Origin: Macrostomum lignano
Taxonomy: Eukaryota
Assembly (NCBI GenBank): GCA_002269645.1
Contig: NIVC01004372.1
Span: 1 to 48,156, forward strand
Reading direction: 5' to 3'
DNA length: 48,156 nt
Position numbers and translations under genes: made by a program. The notes beneath the pieces were generated by a model. It was not told the origin of the DNA, searched no databases, and saw only the letters and a program-made list of their open reading frames with translations. Shown one piece after another: positions 45,251 to 48,156 of the stretch (its first letter is position 1; each line of letters begins with the position of its first letter).

Positions 45251-47665
45251 TTTCTTAGTGACTTAGTGTCGAGAACGAACCTTTCCGCCTGTAAGAAGTA
45301 GGACGCTGCACTTGATTTTCTTAGAATTGAGCTGGAGGCCGGTAAGGAGGGCCTCCTTGCGGCTCCTTGACAAACCTAAATCGAAACAATTTGTCATATT
45401 GCTAGTGCATTTAATATACTCTCAAGAAAAAGGATTTTTTCCACCGAATTTGTCTATGGTAAAACCTGTACATGTCAGGTCTCGATGAGGGTGATGTTTC
45501 GAGACATTAGAAATTTTGGCACTAGTTAAAACAAATCGCTACTGGTTTCTATACAAAATACATGCAGCTTCAGATCTGCCCCCCCCCCCCCGGTAACCAA
45601 ACCCAGAAGTTTGACGCCCGCCAGTATTCACGCTGTTCTGCAAGCTGTGACATATTTCTCATGCTATACTATACTTTACGGCAGCTACTATTGACACTAC
45701 ATGTTATATCTATAAGTCCCTATTAAGATCATGCTGCATATTGGGGCTGAATATGCGACAGGAATGGGAGGTCAGAAAACTCAGTGATGATTACATATTG
45801 TAGTTTAACGTGCGGTAGTGATGCAATAGCAGGCCCCATCTACAACAGGCAAACCGCCCAGAAATGCTTAACAAATGTGTAGCAGCTCGAAAATTGAATA
45901 TAATCTGACTAATTTCAGAATTTTTAATTCAAAGTTCATTCGGCATAAATAAATTGGTAAGGCTCTCGTTGGATATATCAATTCGATTAGAAACTACTGC
46001 ATTAGGCGAAATCTCATCCTAGTGCCGCAGTTCATTGTAACAGATCTACAATAAACCACTCATTGTCTTAGGCTTAAACCATACTTTTTAAGCTGAGGAG
46101 CTTTCGAAATTAAACCGAAGCGCTTGATTTAACGTGCATCATGATGTATCGTTTAATGGTTGTGAGACAAACGCTACGAATCATTCAGGTTTTATGAAGT
46201 TAACTCAATAGTACAATAAAGCTACTTATTTGATGCATTTAGATTTTATTTAAACGAATAAACGTACTCTACGAAGGTTTTCGTCGTCATTAAGACAAAT
46301 TGCAAAGAACAAACGCATCGAATAAAGTAACAATACCCCCAGTAAATTTGGCTTTCATGTGTGCCTTTTTCATTCCAGGACAGAATCAGTGAGGCTGCAG
46401 ATCATACACATACCTACCTCAATGAGAGACAAATCATTTTTAGTATATTTAGATACGTAGGATTCACTCCCTTTCTACTGTAGCTGAGAGTTCGCGCTTG
46501 GCCCAAAGCATGACAATTTTAAAAAGTTAGTAACATTATAACAAAAGTATTAGGCAAAAGTAGGAACGATTGAAACTAGAAAAAGATACAAAACATTTCA
46601 AATTTTTTTAGCTATGAAAAATGAAATTTTGCATTTTTACACTTTTCTGTTAAATCGGTTTTTAATACTATCTGTCGCTAAACAAAAATTTAACTTGTAA
46701 AATACTGTCTTTTTATAAAACAGTACTTTAGCTTCAGCTTTACTTTAGCTTCACGATGCTGTTTCTAAGCTTGTTTGTTGATATTGTAATCTTTTAGTCT
46801 CACTCCAATAAGTTGTTTTATGTCTAGTTATTTCTAATTATAGCTTAAAACCCGATTTTATCCTGTTGGATTAAATATATCGAACAGTTAGTTTGAACTG
46901 CTTGTGCAGTAGAAGTAATTGTTACTTGGATATTTTTCCGTATTCTATGGATTGAAAGAAACTACTTTATATTTATCTAAACACAGTGTTGAAATGCTGT
47001 TTGTTTAGTGTTCATAAAGATAAAAAAACTGAAATAGCACCAAATGAATATAATTTTATTGTGTTGCTAACACAATGATTCATACTAGCACGAGTCAAGC
47101 AACGCATTGCAATATTTAGCAATAAATAAAAAGCCGAAGATGTTCAAAGCAGAAATATGCACTGCAGTATTATTTTTATTTATAGCTCGTTACCAGATAA
47201 AGAAATATATTTATTTTATTTATAATTCATTCTACAACAATGTTTACTTAATGAACATTTTTATATTTGTTCTTAACATAAATAAACAATTAGTGTTTAT
47301 AAAATTTTGAGCTTATTTTTATTCATATAAAGATTTTCATTCAGATTAAAATATTTTATTTATAGTTAGAAGTCCATCTATACAAAGCATCCATTTATCA
47401 AAATAAATATGCATAATTAAAAAGACTTTTGTTAAACAGAGAAGCTTCATTTTATACAATAGTTCCTTGGCATACAGTGACCATGTAATAAAAATAACTA
47501 TGTATTAAAAAGTATGCATATATAATTAACTTTTTAAGAGCTTTAGGTCTTATGCAACATGTATCTTACCAATAAATATCTAAACATGTTATTTTTGCTC
47601 ACTAAAATGCAGTTCCTAAAAATACAGACAAACTAATATTTTTTAATGCTTTGACTGTTCCAGAT

Positions 47666-48156
47666 ATGGCAACAAAGACCCAAGCCTTCGCTGGTGGAGG
47701 GTCATCGTCTCTGCCTCCTGGTGGCCTTTCTCTGACCGAAATCTCACAGAAGCTGGAGAATCAGAAATCCCCATAGTTACGCACATCATCAGTGACGAGG
47801 ACATTGGCAATGTTGTCGGTGAGAAGCTGCAAACAGTTGACCTGGAACGCGTGCTCAAGGTGCTCACGGATCCGCACTACGCAGGTCTGTATGACCGGCA
47901 CGTGATGGCAATTGAACGTCTTCTGCGCCACTACAAGCAAGGCTTCCTTATGAAGGACCTTGTGCAGGTGCGCGAATTCTTAACATCTGCGCAGATCGCA
48001 TCGAGGAGGGTCTGGTCTGCTACGTGGAGCCCTGGTTGACTGTCTGTGCGTCTGCGCGCTGCCTTCCTCATGGAGAAGGCATCAGACGAGCTTGCTTACC
48101 GTCAGATCAGCGTAGAGACCGCATCTCAGCTCGCTTTTCTCATGCGCGTCGACGTC
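47666..48156 (+). CDS. CFAP69: Cilia- and flagella-associated protein 69, 5' coding region (partial; several 1-bp indels in this assembly)
   Basis: Frame-corrected reading IPIVTHIISDED...VDLERVLKVL...YKQGFLMKDLVQV.RILNICADRI...CALPFLMEKASDELAY matches the CFAP69 N-terminus as I recall it (IPVV..ED..DLNRVIKLL..GL.L.DL.QI..ILNLC..LPFL..K.SDE..Y). Confidence 0.8.

Overview
Eukaryotic (metazoan) genomic DNA with spliced genes among roughly 20 unrelated minisatellite arrays. The GC-rich exons and minisatellite-stuffed introns resemble the flatworm Macrostomum lignano; this is an inference, not verified. By tracking splice phases by hand I reconstruct: (1) the first coding exon of an EF-hand (calmodulin/centrin-like) gene (-); (2) a 3-exon, 7-cadherin-repeat protocadherin ending in -SSFV (-), with one intron almost entirely a ~128-copy 18-bp satellite; (3) an orphan gene with at least 2 exons (+); (4) a 5-exon AMPA-type glutamate receptor (-) whose M3 gate reads YYTANLTAC instead of SYTANLAAF; (5) a 6-exon, 369-aa, strongly diverged type II pantothenate kinase homologue (+) with a GC-AG first intron and remodelled nucleotide/substrate motifs; (6) a compact secreted prepropeptide gene (-) with TATA box, poly(A) signal and a Trp/Arg-rich C-terminus; (7) the 5' end of CFAP69 (+) with 1-bp indels. 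Mobile DNA includes a decayed P-element/THAP9-type transposase, a tRNA-derived SINE head, two related hAT-like MITE copies and two pairs of inverted minisatellite arrays (foldback-like). Most long ORFs in the supplied track are artefacts of stop-free tandem repeats. Protein-family assignments come from remembered motifs; no database search was run.
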